Source of the DNA: Cladosporium halotolerans
Taxonomy: Eukaryota
NCBI RefSeq assembly: GCF_011745625.1
Contig: NW_027191452.1
Span: 1,240,001-1,304,000 of the forward strand
DNA: 64,000 nt
Reading direction: 5' to 3'
The notes beneath the pieces were generated by a model that had not been told where the DNA came from, did not search any database, and saw only the letters and a program-made list of their open reading frames with translations. Position 1 is the first letter of the stretch; the number at the start of each line of letters is the position of its first letter. This document shows positions 32,800 to 45,351 of this stretch, piece after piece. A program made the position numbers and the translations under genes.

Positions 32800-35262
32800 C
32801 GCAACATCTCGCTTGGGGTGTTTATGTGGGTATCTCTATGACATCGATGGTGAAAGATGTTGGATATGGTAGGTATATCGTTAGACGGTGAGCATTTGGG
32901 AATTGGTGAGGTGAGGGAATTATGACTGCTTTTTTCGTTCGCAATTTTACGATGAGTTGTTGGCCAGACGTTCTGCCATGGCTCCATCTATATCGATTTC
33001 GCTACGTTGAATCACTAGGAGTCGTCGAAGATTTTCAAGTGTCATTGATCACAAAGAGCTTCCTTTTGCTCAAGAAAACCTCGAGAGACAGCAAAGCATG
33101 CTCTCATTCCTTCACCGCGATTCCCGCACCTAGATTGAGCTTGGGAGAGTGGGCTCGCTGATCCCGGACGCGCTATATCAGTTACGTGACGGCCCTGCCC
33201 GTTTCCGCACAGATTCGGAGGCCTGACCGTGGCGCTGTACAGACGCTTGCTTGGGTACGTGACTGTGGCTTCGGAGTCGGGGAGCGGTGAGCGGGTTCAA
33301 GGCCGTGGACATGGACACGATACGACTGTGGCAAAGTGGCAGGAGCGAAACGCCTTTCCTCTCGATGCCTCGTCCGGATCCATCTCTATCGCCTCATTTC
33401 CAGACACGAGTCCTCGCAGCCGGCTGTCCGGAACCCAAGCCACAGGCTGACCGACGAAGCATCACAGCAACGCGGTCTCAACCTGCGACAAGGCGTGGTT
33501 TTGATGCCCGTACGACCCTTGACGCCGTGTCACGGCCTCGGAGATTTTTCTAAATTCTCGCGCTGGGATGATGAGGCCGGAGGCATCGTCAATCGGCCAG
33601 GTGGCGCTTCGATCTGGCATTCCGGCTTGCGACGTCGGAGGGTCGGGAAGGCATGCTGTGTCGCCTGGAGGCGTGACGCGGCGGGAGGAGCTTTGGGCTG
33701 GTCGTGCGACGCGCGTTTGGTGCGACGATGAGGTATGAGTGGATGGATAGGAAGCGCACGGCGACGGGAGGGTAGGGTAGGCGTGCGAGTGCTGTTGTGG
33801 CAGGGGAGGATGGGGAGGGTACGAGGTTGTTTTCGACGGTTCGCGGGATGCGTTACGTATTTGCTCTTGGAATCGATTCTGAACCTGAAGAGGGAGTGTG
33901 GTCCTTTACTACTCTGATGGTGGATTCTGAGGATAGTGAGCTCGGCCAATTGTGCTCGGGACGTCAACCTCCAAAGTCGACTGTCAAAGCTGATAGTTGA
34001 CAAACCTATCATTCGAACGAAGGCTAGTATGAACAACCAAAGGGTCGCATTGATCGGCAGTTGCCGCTAGCACGCACTACATGCTAGGTAGCGAGGCTGC
34101 GTGTCTCGTCTCACAAACCCAGGGTAAAAATATTCCGAGGCACTGGTTGGCTGGCCAGCATGAAGCTTGGCGCGGGTCTTTCTTTGTGGCGGAGGGGCAA
34201 GCGTATACCCCATGGGTCATGTAGAGACACCATCCACGGGTCCGCCTGCATGCATGGCTGTCACAGGTCCTGCGGCGCGTTGACCGCTCACTGCGAGAGG
34301 ACGCTGGCTGGACGGGCTTTGTTTCGGTGCACGGGGAGGAGGCCGCGCGGGCTCGGGGCTGTGTTTTGGTGGTGACGAGGGTGGTGTATGGCGCATCTCA
34401 CTCAAGAAATCTCCTGATCGACTGGCGATAGTCCCTTGCGTCGGAGCAAGCGACAGAAGCAGCGTGTCTGCTGCCCTCGGTGAACACTTTCCGGACGTCA
34501 GCGGTTGATTGAGGAAGTCATATCCGGTGGGTGTTTCTCGCCGAGTCGCGGCGGGATGCTAGCGTGCCACAGCGCCGGGCTGGCAGATAGTTTCGGGGGG
34601 ATCGCAAGCGTCTCAGCAAGCGGCGCGATCGAGTGGGCGGCAGCGACGCGCCCCGTGGATAGTGTGTTTATTTGAGTTGCACACAGCAGACACAGGAGCC
34701 AGGAGGGCTCGAGGGCGACTAAGGGCAGGGAGCGAGTGGAGCTGGCGACCCGGGCTAACCTCGCGGCGTCGTCGCGCTGGAGCTGGAGCTGGCCAGCGAG
34801 GCCAGCAGGCTGGGTACCGGCGGGGCGGTACCTCAACATGGGGCCTCGATCAGGGCCCTTGGCCAAGGGTGCAGCAGGCTAAGGTTACTAGGGTAAGGTT
34901 ACTACCTTAGAGTAGCTCGCAGCCTGCGGGACCCGTGACGGCAGGCGGGAGCGGGACGGGACCGCGGAGTCGCTGACACTCGAGAGACAGGCGGGCGGCG
35001 TGGCGTCGCCTGCTGAGGGTGAAGAGCCCGGCGCGGCGGCGTGCGTAGCCATGTACATACACCGCGGTGTGTACTGTACCTAGCAACTCTGTACTTTGCC
35101 GTGCGCACTCACCTGCTGGCCGGTGGCGGGCGACGGGGCGCGGACGCACGAGGCCTGCTAGCGAGCACACGCGAGCGCGGCGGCATCTCCGGGTCGCGCT
35201 GCGCTGCCTCCCAAGGCCGTGGTATGGGACCCGCTAGGGCTCGAAGGGGCCTCGCTGGCCGA

Positions 35263-35410
35263 TGCTGGTGCTGGTGCTGGTGCTGCTGGTGCTGCTGCGT
35301 GGCGCCACGGCGAGCATACGCCCTGCTGGCGTGCTGGCTGTGTTCCACGCGGCGTGCGCGCCGGCCGAGGATATACACCCTGCCCTGCCTGCCTGCCTGC
35401 CTGCCCGCCT
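35263..35410. repeat. Microsatellites (TGCTGG)n and (GCCT)n upstream of laeA
   Basis: Visible at 35263-35298 and 35381-35410. Confidence 0.8.
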
Positions 35411-36119
35411 TCCTGCGTATGTATGTACCGATGAGCCCTGCGCCCTCGCACATGCCGCCGTGGCCGCCTCGGCTGACCGTCGCCGCGGTGCACCTGGGAC
35501 GGTGCAACGCAACGCGCGCGCGCTCCAGTCCAGCACGCCGTGACCGCCGGCCAACGGCACAGCACGCACGCACAATCGTCGGCGGACAGGCTCGATGTCG
35601 ACACAGTACAGTACGGTATCTACCCTGGGCAGCCTCCACCCTCGCCGTCTCCACGCGCCGCCCGCCGCCCGCCGGCAGCCCGCCAGCCCGCCAGCCCGCC
35701 AGCGCTCCATCCGGCACCAGCACCAGCGCACGCCAACCGCAATCTCGGCGGACGACCCGGCCGGGCGGGTTCAGATCGCTGCCATCCTCCCTCCGTTTGG
35801 TAGCTCGCGGCCCTCGCGCCCTCCCGCCTGTGGGGACGTCGGGTGTGATTCGCTGCGCCGCGCTTTTGGCATTTAAACATCGCCCTCACCCCACCGCCAG
35901 CGCTTGCTTGTCGCGCCGCCTCGCCGCTCCCACCACTCCCAAAAGGCCGTTCTTTCGTTGCGCGTGCGGGAGGTGCTTTGTGTCTTCGCCCGCCTTGTAT
36001 ACAATTGTGCCGTCTTTCCTCGCCCGCGCCTTGCATTCCCTCTGTCCCCGCCCGCCTGTTTGGAGCGCCGCCTGAGCGTGAGCTGCCGTCCGTCTGGCTC
36101 GCCCGCTGCGTGAGAAACC

Positions 36120-37604
36120 ATGGGGTATGCGTGTCCCTGCCTCAAACTCTGTGCATGACCACCGCGCTCACGCCGCTCCCAGCGAACCCCGAGGCCTCAG
36201 CCATATCCTCAACCCCTCGCGGCCCAGTGGCGAGGTGCAGCAATTGAAAGTCTGCGACTGTTTCTTCATCGACGCATACGAGGAAAACGGCAGATACTAC
36301 CATGCCTGGAAACGGGGCACATATCCATTCCCTACCGACGACGTATGTCCACCAGTAAGACACGCACCCAGAACTCAACATGCTGACATCCAGCATAGCG
36401 GGAGCGAAGCCGATATGACATGGTGCACCACCTGGTGTATCGCGTCCTGCTGAACCATTTCAGCGACCCGAGGACCGGCGAGGTCCACAGAGACGAACAC
36501 GGCCGCATCATTCCGGTGGCATGTGCGAAGCCGATCGTCGCTTCCCAGACACCGTACAGCATTCTAGACCTGGGCTGTGGGAGCGGCATCTGGGCGTGCG
36601 ATATGGGATCGTAAGCCGAAAAATACACGAGATCACCGCCGCAACTATGTTGCTAACTTGCACCCGCAGGAGATTCCCTGACGCCGAGGTGCGTGCGATG
36701 GTCGTGTGCGGTATTCACATTTCAATTAACAATGTTGCAGATTACCGGTGTGGATATTGTTGGCGGTCAGCCACAGTAAGTCTGGACGAGCTGGTCACAC
36801 GGTCTCTGGCTGACAAAATCTCCAGGGGCGAAAACCTCACCTGGAGAACACCCGATTCCGATGCGCAATCAGGAATCGACTTTGAATCGGCACATTGGGG
36901 GCTTACTGGGAACTCATTCGATTTGATTCATGCTGCCCACCTCTGCGGTAGCGTTTCCGACTGGCCACGATTCTTCGAGAAGTGCAAGAAGTATGCAATT
37001 TTGACACAGTTTTCGACAGACAGCACGAACTAATCTTCTGCCAGACACTTGCGGCCCAAGACGGGCCAAATAGAGCTGCTCGAGATTGACATGACTCCAC
37101 GTTGCGACGACGGCTCTCTGTCCCCCGATGCGCCCATACATCAATGGTGGCGATTGATGCAAGACGCAACGCCCGAAAAACCTATAGCCTACCAGGCCGA
37201 CACAGGGGGAATGTTACATCGCGCTGGCTTCGTCGACATCGCCCACACCGAATTCCGATTACCTTTCTCGCGCACATGGTCGTCGGACAGGCGCGAGCAG
37301 GCAGCAGGGCAGTGGTACAGGAATCTCCTGCTCGAACAAGGCGACCGCTTCGACTCCGTAGCCATGTTCAACGGCCTCTCCATGGGCCCTCTGACCCGCA
37401 ACCTGGGCTGGACCAAATGGCAGGTCGACCAACTGGTCGCGGACGTCCTGCGCTGCATCGAAGACGACCGCGTCCACGCCTACCACACCCTGTAAGCGCT
37501 AGCCTCATCCGTGCTGAGCACACCCAAGTCTTCACAAACGCTAACCCCCGATGCGCAGCCATATCTGGACCGCCCGCCGCCCCGGCTCAGACGAGAACCT
37601 GTGA
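36120..37604 (+). CDS. laeA: LaeA-type SAM-dependent methyltransferase (secondary metabolism/development regulator)
   Basis: Eight exons: 36120-36124, 36183-36342, 36399-36610, 36670-36688, 36741-36775, 36826-36990, 37045-37491, 37559-37604. Motifs ENGRYYH..RGTYPFPTDD, LDLGCGSGIW, FDLIH...LCGSVSDW, EIDMTPRCDDGSL and HIWTARRP. True orthologue versus LaeA-like paralogue is not resolved. Confidence 0.85.
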
Positions 37605-37891
37605 CTCGCCTCGGATCCTCCCCGAACCGGCCGGCCTTGACCTGACCGCATGATCCTTCCCGCTGGTTCGACGGCTTACGGCGCCTTCAACCTCCCACCC
37701 TCCTCAAGCAAGGCTAGGCACAACCTACGGCATTGAATCCTCGCTTGGACCCGTCAGTTATCGATCCAGGGAAAAGCTTGGATGGAACAGCAGTGGCACG
37801 CCGCGCTTGTCGCGCGCGCGCTCTTGAGTGCCAAAATGCGACAAGCCGGCGGCGTTGCGTGCGATCTCGGCTATCGCCGCTGCAGCCCAGT

Positions 37892-39452
37892 CCAGCCAGC
37901 CAGCCAGCCAGTCAGTCAGCCAGCAGGGCCGAACTATTTTCGGACGAGATCGCGCGCGCGTGTGTGTGGCCACGATACATACACAGATCTTGAAGCGCAG
38001 CAAATCACCGCTTTCGAATCGACCACGATCAACATCATTTCGCAACTTCCGGGCCACCTCGTTCTCCTCCCGCTCCAAGCATTCCGGCCACCAATCCTCT
38101 CGACTCCAGCCATCTCATCAGTCTTCTCCGCGCATTTTTGATATCAAAGTCACTTTTCGGCATCAGCAGCAGCCACAGCTCGGGCTTCCATATTCTCTTC
38201 CATTTTCGGTTTCATTTTCCTTTTATTGCACGACAGCGTCGACGACACGGGCCAGTCTGTCACATGTTGCAGTTGCACGGATGCGATTTCTCCGCTCCAA
38301 ATTGAAAAGTTTCAGGGCTCGGTCGTGTTTTTGAGCGTGAGACGGGGAAGGCCGAGGCAAAGAATGCCGTGATTTAGGTACAGTGCAGGACAGGTCGGGT
38401 TTTGATTTTCAGGACGAAACGAAACCCTCGCCCTTCCACTCCACCCGCTGCCATTTTCTTCAGTTTACTACACAGCTCGCTTGCGCGCCACGCTGCACGA
38501 ACGGCTTGCGGCGAGAGAAGAGAGCATACGTGTACAGTTCCGACCATGAACAGCACGCTTCCATCTCCTACTGAGTTTGCCCCCGTCTCCGTCTCCTTCG
38601 CAAAACAGACGCCTTCTTCCGTCCAGCTCGCCCCAGACCCCGCCGTCAAGCTCGCTCCCAGCGCCGCGGCCGCGGCTTTGAACTCGGCCCTGCGCGAGAA
38701 CTCATCAGTCGGTGGAAGCGGACGGCGTCCCTGCTTTTCGGCGCCCGTCCGGCGCAGGATCGCGGCGGCGGGCACGTGGGTGCTTGCTTGCTTGCTGTGC
38801 CGTGACATTCTCGTGTGCAGAGTGCAGTGCAGGGCGCGAGGGTTATAGCGGGCAGAGGCGGGATCTGTGTGCTTAAGCGAGCAGCGAGTCGGGGGCGGGC
38901 ATGCTGTACTGTACAGTATCGTGCATCCCCCGGCGTCCTGGGCCGAGTCTTGGGGCGTCGAGGGCTGTGGCTGTATGTATGTCTGTTTGTTTGTTCGTTT
39001 GTTTGGACTCGTTGGAGGCAAGGAGGATGTTAGCTTCTACTTTGCTTTGCTGAGTGCATCGTTCCATTGTGCTATCTACCTGCGGGCCCGGGCTAGCCAC
39101 CGGCCCCGGGGCGGTTACAACACAACGTCCGGCAACGACTGACTGTGTGGCGTCTGCCTTGATCGCTCGCCCATGCGTGCTGCGAGGACCTGAAACGGCC
39201 CCAAGACTCGTCTCGTCTCGTCTCCCCAATCAATCAAGGAACCGAACAGCGAACGCACTGTACTGTAGGTACATACAGTAGAACGCCCCTCTGCCTCGGC
39301 AGGCACCAAGCGTTCCAACCCCCCGGGTCGCCAATCAAACCCCCCAGCCCTGCCCGGGCTCATCTATCCCGTTGCAACATGGTGCGGGCGAGGGCACGCA
39401 TGCGGGAGCGATCCATATGTCTATCTATCTACCTGCCTATCTACCTATCTAT
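37892..39452. repeat. Scattered microsatellites downstream of laeA: (CCAG)n, (GTTT)n, (CTAT/CTAC)n
   Basis: Visible at 37892-37924, about 38985-39004 and 39421-39452. Confidence 0.75.
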
Positions 39453-42247
39453 ATACACGCACAGGACATCACAGTGCAGGACGTGTGTCCCAGCCGCGCG
39501 GGTCAACATGAGTACAGTATGTGCAGGGCACGAGTCAAGACGAGCGCGTTTCACACCCTGTGTTATTGTCCTGCAGACCGATGGCTTGGGTTTCGCGGCC
39601 GGCTTGCCATACCTATCCGGCGGCTTGCAGGGCGTGGCTTGCTCGGTGGTTGTCGGCCGGCGGCAGCGGCGCGTAAGGGGTGGGATTTCCGGGCTGGCGG
39701 GTCGAGGTGCCGTCGGAGGGGGCGTTGATGGTGTGGGCTGGAATTTTGAGGATGGGCGGGTGAGGGTGGGGAGAGCGTGGTATTGCGGTTGTTGAGGTCG
39801 GGCGGCTGATGGTGGACCGTGGTGTTGGATTACGATTGTGGGCGATGCAAATGGTGAGGCGGCGCCGTTTGTGACAGGTCGAAAGGTGAGTGATACTCTT
39901 GGACGGTGGTGGCGTGGGGGATTGGGTGGTTCAGAGCAGATATTGTTTGTCTGGATTTCACCTTTGAAGGATCAATGAGCACGCACGACTGTTTTCGTCG
40001 ATTCTCGTTTCGTCGATTCTCGAGAGTAGTCGATCATGCGAGGATTGATGCCGGATCAGCGCGTTGACGATGCTGGTCAGGGGAATCGTTGCTGAACAAG
40101 CTGAGATCGATTTGATATCGAATCATCACTTTTGCGTCGCCCAGGACCTGGCCATCGACTGATCGAATACTGCCTCATGTCTCAGTGCCTCCTTGCACAA
40201 ACTTTCCAGAAGTTTGGCTGGTTGTGGTTCAGCTTCGAATCGGGCCCAGCTATCGATCAATCGATCGAGTTTTGCCCTTTCTCCAGGTTTTGTCTTGATT
40301 CGATGAATCAGGTAACGGCATTAGCATTTGGTAACGCGACACAGGCACTTTGCTGCATGGCCAAAGCTGGAACGATTGGAAGATCGCAGAACTGGCGAAT
40401 GAAGGAAGCAATCCGACTCGGCAAGCAATGTACTGACGCGCCTGGTGACGATTCGCATTGCTCTCAGTCCACATTGGTGACAGGAATCATCGTGCTTTTC
40501 GTGCTCATCACCAGACAATCATCCAACACTCGGGTAGCGATGGACTAAGGTTGCACACCAAGACCAGTGCATCTCAACGCTATCGTTCACAGCTAGCAGT
40601 CAGCACGATGCGTCTTAAAGCAGGCGGATTGCCCAAGGAGCTCCTCATGACAAGATCTGGACTACTCCAAGCAAAGACCATGAAGAGCCACCAGAGGACG
40701 TATCTGCTGCGGATCAAACTCCTGCATTCATACTTGGAGGCCTCGAAGGTATCGCAGACATCGCCAATAAAGCATCCGGTATCCGAGCGACGATAAGATA
40801 AAGTTGGTGGAAAGTGCTTACACATGACGGGAGCGCGTCTCCAACCTTTCACTCTGCCTCGCTCATGGAAACAGCCAGCAGAGCGTCTCGCGGGGCTGAA
40901 AGAAGCTTGTCAAGACCTCATCATTGCCTCACCGGATATCACGATCGGCAGGCCGGCAAAGTAATAACCGCACGCGAAGTATGCCAATGAGAACCCCGCA
41001 GCTTGGACTGTGGAGTCTTCCCTCGCCTCTCCAGGCTCGTCGGCCCGCTATCGCGAGATCTAGAAGCCGGTTTCACGTCGACCCTGCCGAGGTCACGGGG
41101 TTAAATGCGACCTGAGTGGGTCGCGCGGAGAATCTCTCGAGGTTAATCGCGCTCAAGCCTGCCGCCTCACAGCCACGCCGAAGTAAAAAAGTCGGTCTCC
41201 CAGCAACATACCACGCCACCAAGCCCGCGCGGTCAATGACTTCCAGCTCGAATGCTACCGTAGCTCTGCGCACGAAATCCGGCTTGGCAGCGATGTGAGT
41301 CCCGGTGGAGCTCCATCTCCTTGCAGTGGGATCACCGCCGGATGCTGACGCTGCGCCGCGGCTCGCCAGCAGTGCAACCTGCTCGCGCCTTTTTCTCTCG
41401 CCCCGCACCAAGGAGCGCCGGGATGCAGGGCAGGCCCAAGGCACCGCAGCCACAGCGGTCATCCGTACGCGGGCCGAAATCTGATCGCGTCACGCCGGCT
41501 CACAGCAGCACCCGTGCCCCGGTGTAGAGACACGGCAAACGGAGGCGTGCAATAATGAGTGACAGCAAATGCCAAATTAATCAAGGGTGAAGATGGCGTG
41601 GACGGGTGTTTGGGCTTGAGGGCTGCTCCGCGATCGGCAAGTCTGGGGATCCTGGGGCGCACGTGGAGACGGTGCAAGGCGGAATCGATGGCTTCGCAGC
41701 TCATCATCGTCTACAACCGAGGAGGGGTAAACAACAGTCCTGCCTGGCCAACCCGCATCCTCCATGATGCCCATGAACTCCACTCACCACAGGCCAACGG
41801 CTTTCCTCGTGCTGCCCTTGCGCGGAGATGGCGGAGTATCATTGCACCGGCCTTCCTCTCTACAGCCTAGCGGCCGTGGTTTCCCATGACGAACGACACC
41901 TCTCTTGCCTCATTCAGTTACTACCACGAGCTTTCACTCTGCCCAAATGCACTAAAGCAGGTGCGGGGAGCGGCGCCTGCAGGTAACACGCCAGCCGGCG
42001 GGAGCTGTGAGCTAGCGAGGTGAAATTAATTCTTGAGCAGTCAGTACCTTAGTGAATGAACCACCGCATGCACCGGGGAAGTACAAATAAGTTGCATCCC
42101 TCCTTGTAGAGCACCACACTCTCCACCTCGCCTTTCTACAGTAAACCGCCTCATTGGGAGCTCTTCATCCCGGCGGCTGTATCTTCAGCACCTCTTACCC
42201 AGCAGCTTCAACTGCGTTGTCGTCGACGATCACTCGTCCTCGTCAAG

Positions 42248-45171
42248 ATGGGCTTCCTACGTTCGACTGCACTCCTCGCGGCCCTGCCGCTCGCTCTCGC
42301 TCAGAACGGCACAAACTCAAGCACTCCCAACCCTTTCAACAACCCTGGCGCAGTCTCGGGCCAAACCTCTCCTCCCAAGTACCCAACTCCCTGGGGTGAA
42401 GGCCTGGGTGACTGGGACGATGCCTACGCTCAGGCCAGGGAGTTCGTCTCCCAGCTCACTCTCCTCGAGAAGGTCAACCTCACCACCGGTGTCGGCTGGG
42501 AAGGCGAGAAGTGCGTCGGCAACACTGGCGCCATCCCGAGACTCGGCTTCAAAGCCCTCTGTCTGCAAGACTCGCCTCTGGGCGTCCGCTTCGCCGACTT
42601 CGTCTCTGCCTTTCCCGCCGGTATTACCGTCGGTGCCACGTGGGACCGCGAATTGTTCTACCAACGTGGCTACGAAATGGGCACAGAGCACCGCGAGAAG
42701 GGCATTGACGTCCAGCTCGGTCCCGCCATTGGACCGATCGGCAGGCACGCTGCTGGTGGCCGCAACTGGGAGGGCTTCTCGCCTGACCCTGTCCTGTCTG
42801 CTGTTGCGGTGCACGGAACAGTGAAGGGTATCCAAGATGCTGGTGTCATTGCTTGCACCAAGCACTACATTGGAAACGAGCAGGAGCACTTCCGCCAGGG
42901 CGGACCCAACCTCACCTCTGCCATCTCATCGAACATCGACGACGTGACTATGGTACGTTGAAACGTGACGAACACGCTGCTAGCTCTCACTAACATGTCA
43001 CAGCACGAGCTCTACGTATGGCCCTTCGCCGAGGCCGTGCGCGCGGGAACCGGCTCAATCATGTGTGCGTACAACCAGGTCAACAACAGCTACGCCTGCC
43101 AGAACTCGTACCTGCAGAACTACATCCTCAAGAACGAGCTCGGCTTTCAGGGCTTCATCGTCAGTGACTGGGCTGCCCAGCACGCCGGTGTCGCTAGCGC
43201 CCTGGCCGGTCTCGACATGACTATGCCCGGAGACGTTGCATTCGACAGCGCGACATCGTACTGGGTGAGCAAATGAAGTTTGGAAGTTGCCAAATCGATT
43301 GCAAAGCAAGCTAACGGGACACAGGGACCCAATCTGACCGTTGCTGTGCTCAACGGCACTGTGCCACAGTGGCGCCTGGACGACATGGCGGTCCGCATTG
43401 TCGCCAGCTGGTACTACGTCGACCGTGACACCAATCAGCTCGAAGAAGGCCCGAACTTCTCTTCCTGGTCGCAGGACACCTTCGGCTTCCAGCACGCCTA
43501 CGCTGAGGAGGGTTACACCCGGATCAACGACCACGTTGACGTCCGCAACGAGCACAGGGATGCGATCCGCAAGGTCGCCGCCGATGGCACTGTCCTGCTG
43601 AAGAACAATGGCGCTCTCCCGCTCAGCGGTAAGGAGAAGTTGACGACCGTTTTCGGCTCCGACTCCAGCGAGAACCCTTGGGGTCCCAATGGATGCGTTG
43701 ACCGTGGCTGCAACAATGGTACCTTCGCGATGGGCTGGGGTAGTGGAACTGGTAAGTCCCTTGCAGCTTTGTTTGTCTTCTTGTGACACGGATACTAACT
43801 GGTAACAGCCAACTTCCCCTACCTGGTCACTCCTCTCGAGGCGATCAAGTACGAGGTTCTCAGCAACGGAGGCTCCGTTGAGAGCGTCATCGACAACTAC
43901 GCCTACTCCCAGCAGGCAGCCCTCGCTCACCGCGTCTCCCAAGTTGGAGGTGCATGCATCGTTTTCGCCAACGCCGCGGCCGGTGAGGGCTACATCATCT
44001 TCGATGGAAACGAGGGTGACCGCAACAACCTCACTCTCTGGGATGATGGTGACGCTCTCATTAACAATGTTGCCTCGGAGTGCAACAACACTATTGTCGT
44101 CATGCACACTGTCGGTGCCGTCCTGGTTGAGCCATGGTACGAGCACGAGAACGTCACTGCCATCATCTGGGCTGGTGTCCCTGGCCAAGAGTCCGGCAAT
44201 GCTATTACCGACGTTCTTTACGGCAAGGTCAACCCTGGTGGAAAGACTCCGTTCACTTGGGGACTCACCCGCGACTCTTACGGTCCTTCTGATGTGATCT
44301 ACGAGCCGAACAACGGTAACGGTCCTCCTCAGGACAACTTCGTCGAGGGCATCTTCATCGACTACCGCTACTTCGACCGTTTCAACGAGACTCCCGTCTA
44401 CGAATTCGGCTACGGTCTTTCATACACTACCTTCTCTTACTCCAACCTGCAGATCACCGCACGCGAGGCTCCTTCGTACCAGCCTACCACCGGCGAGACC
44501 CCAGAGGCGCCCACTTACGGCACCATCAGCAATAGGACTGCCGACTACCTCTGCCCCGAGGGCTTCGAGTTCATCTTTGCATACATCTACCCTTGCCTCA
44601 ACAGCACCGACCTCCGCACCGCCAGCAACGACCCCGAGTACGCCCTCAACTACACCTGGCCAGTCGGCAGCTCTGACGGCAGCCCCCAGCCGCGTGTCCC
44701 GGCTGGCTCTGCTGACAGCCTCGGCGGCAACGCTGGTCTGTACGAGGTCCTCTTCACCGTCACTGTCGACGTCACCAACGACGGCGAGATTGCCGGCGAC
44801 GAGGTCGCGCAGCTGTACATCAGCCTCGGTGGCCCCAACGACGCCGTCCGTGTCCTGAGGAACTTCGACCGCAAGGGCATCGAGGCCGGCGCTACCGAGA
44901 CATATTCCTTCGACGTCACCTACAAGGATCTCAGCAACTGGGACACCGCTGCCCAGGATTGGTAAGTTTCTCTCTGATCCCGTCATCGATTTGTGAGCTT
45001 CTCTAACAACACGCTTCCAGGCTTATCTCTAGCTACCCCAAGACCGCCTACGTCGGCAGCTCGAGTCGCAAGCTGCCGCTCAGCGGTCCGCTCAACATCG
45101 CAGGCTCGCCCGGCGGTTACTCCCCGCCCGGCAAATATGGCCCGCCTAAGCAGCGTTACGTGAGGCATTAG
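42248..45171 (+). CDS. Secreted GH3 beta-glucosidase (BglA/Cel3A-like)
   Basis: Signal peptide [18 protein letters not shown]. Exons 42248-42952, 43004-43264, 43325-43751, 43809-44961, 45021-45171. Motifs [21 protein letters not shown], nucleophile SDW, PGQESGN and a C-terminal FnIII domain. Confidence 0.96.
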
Positions 45172-45351
45172 ATTACGATGGTATAGCGTGCCGAGGACTC
45201 GGCTTTGGCGGGGAACACTCGCTAGGTCTGACCTTCATTTGCACTAACGAAGAAGTCCCAAAGGCGGACTAGATATAATTACGAGCGCAATACAAAAAGC
45301 CTTTGCGCCAACCTTTCCCTTCCCCTGACTTCATTTCTCATCACACCTCCA

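Noticed and set aside
35041..36075. 344-aa and overlapping ORFs upstream of laeA
   Set aside because: Very GC-rich, microsatellite-laden DNA with several overlapping open frames on both strands and low-complexity translations.
39993..40022. Perfect 15-bp tandem duplication TTTCGTCGATTCTCG
   Set aside because: It could be a transposon footprint, but there are no terminal repeats or transposase remnants nearby. Simple slippage is sufficient.
40132..40852. Short ORFs in lower-GC DNA, possible pseudogene or mobile-element relic
   Set aside because: The frames are interrupted by stops and show no recognisable transposase, RT or host-protein motifs.
43055..44188. 377-aa antisense ORF over the GH3 gene, crossing two introns
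   Set aside because: A codon-bias shadow. Both introns happen to be multiples of 3 (60 and 57 nt).
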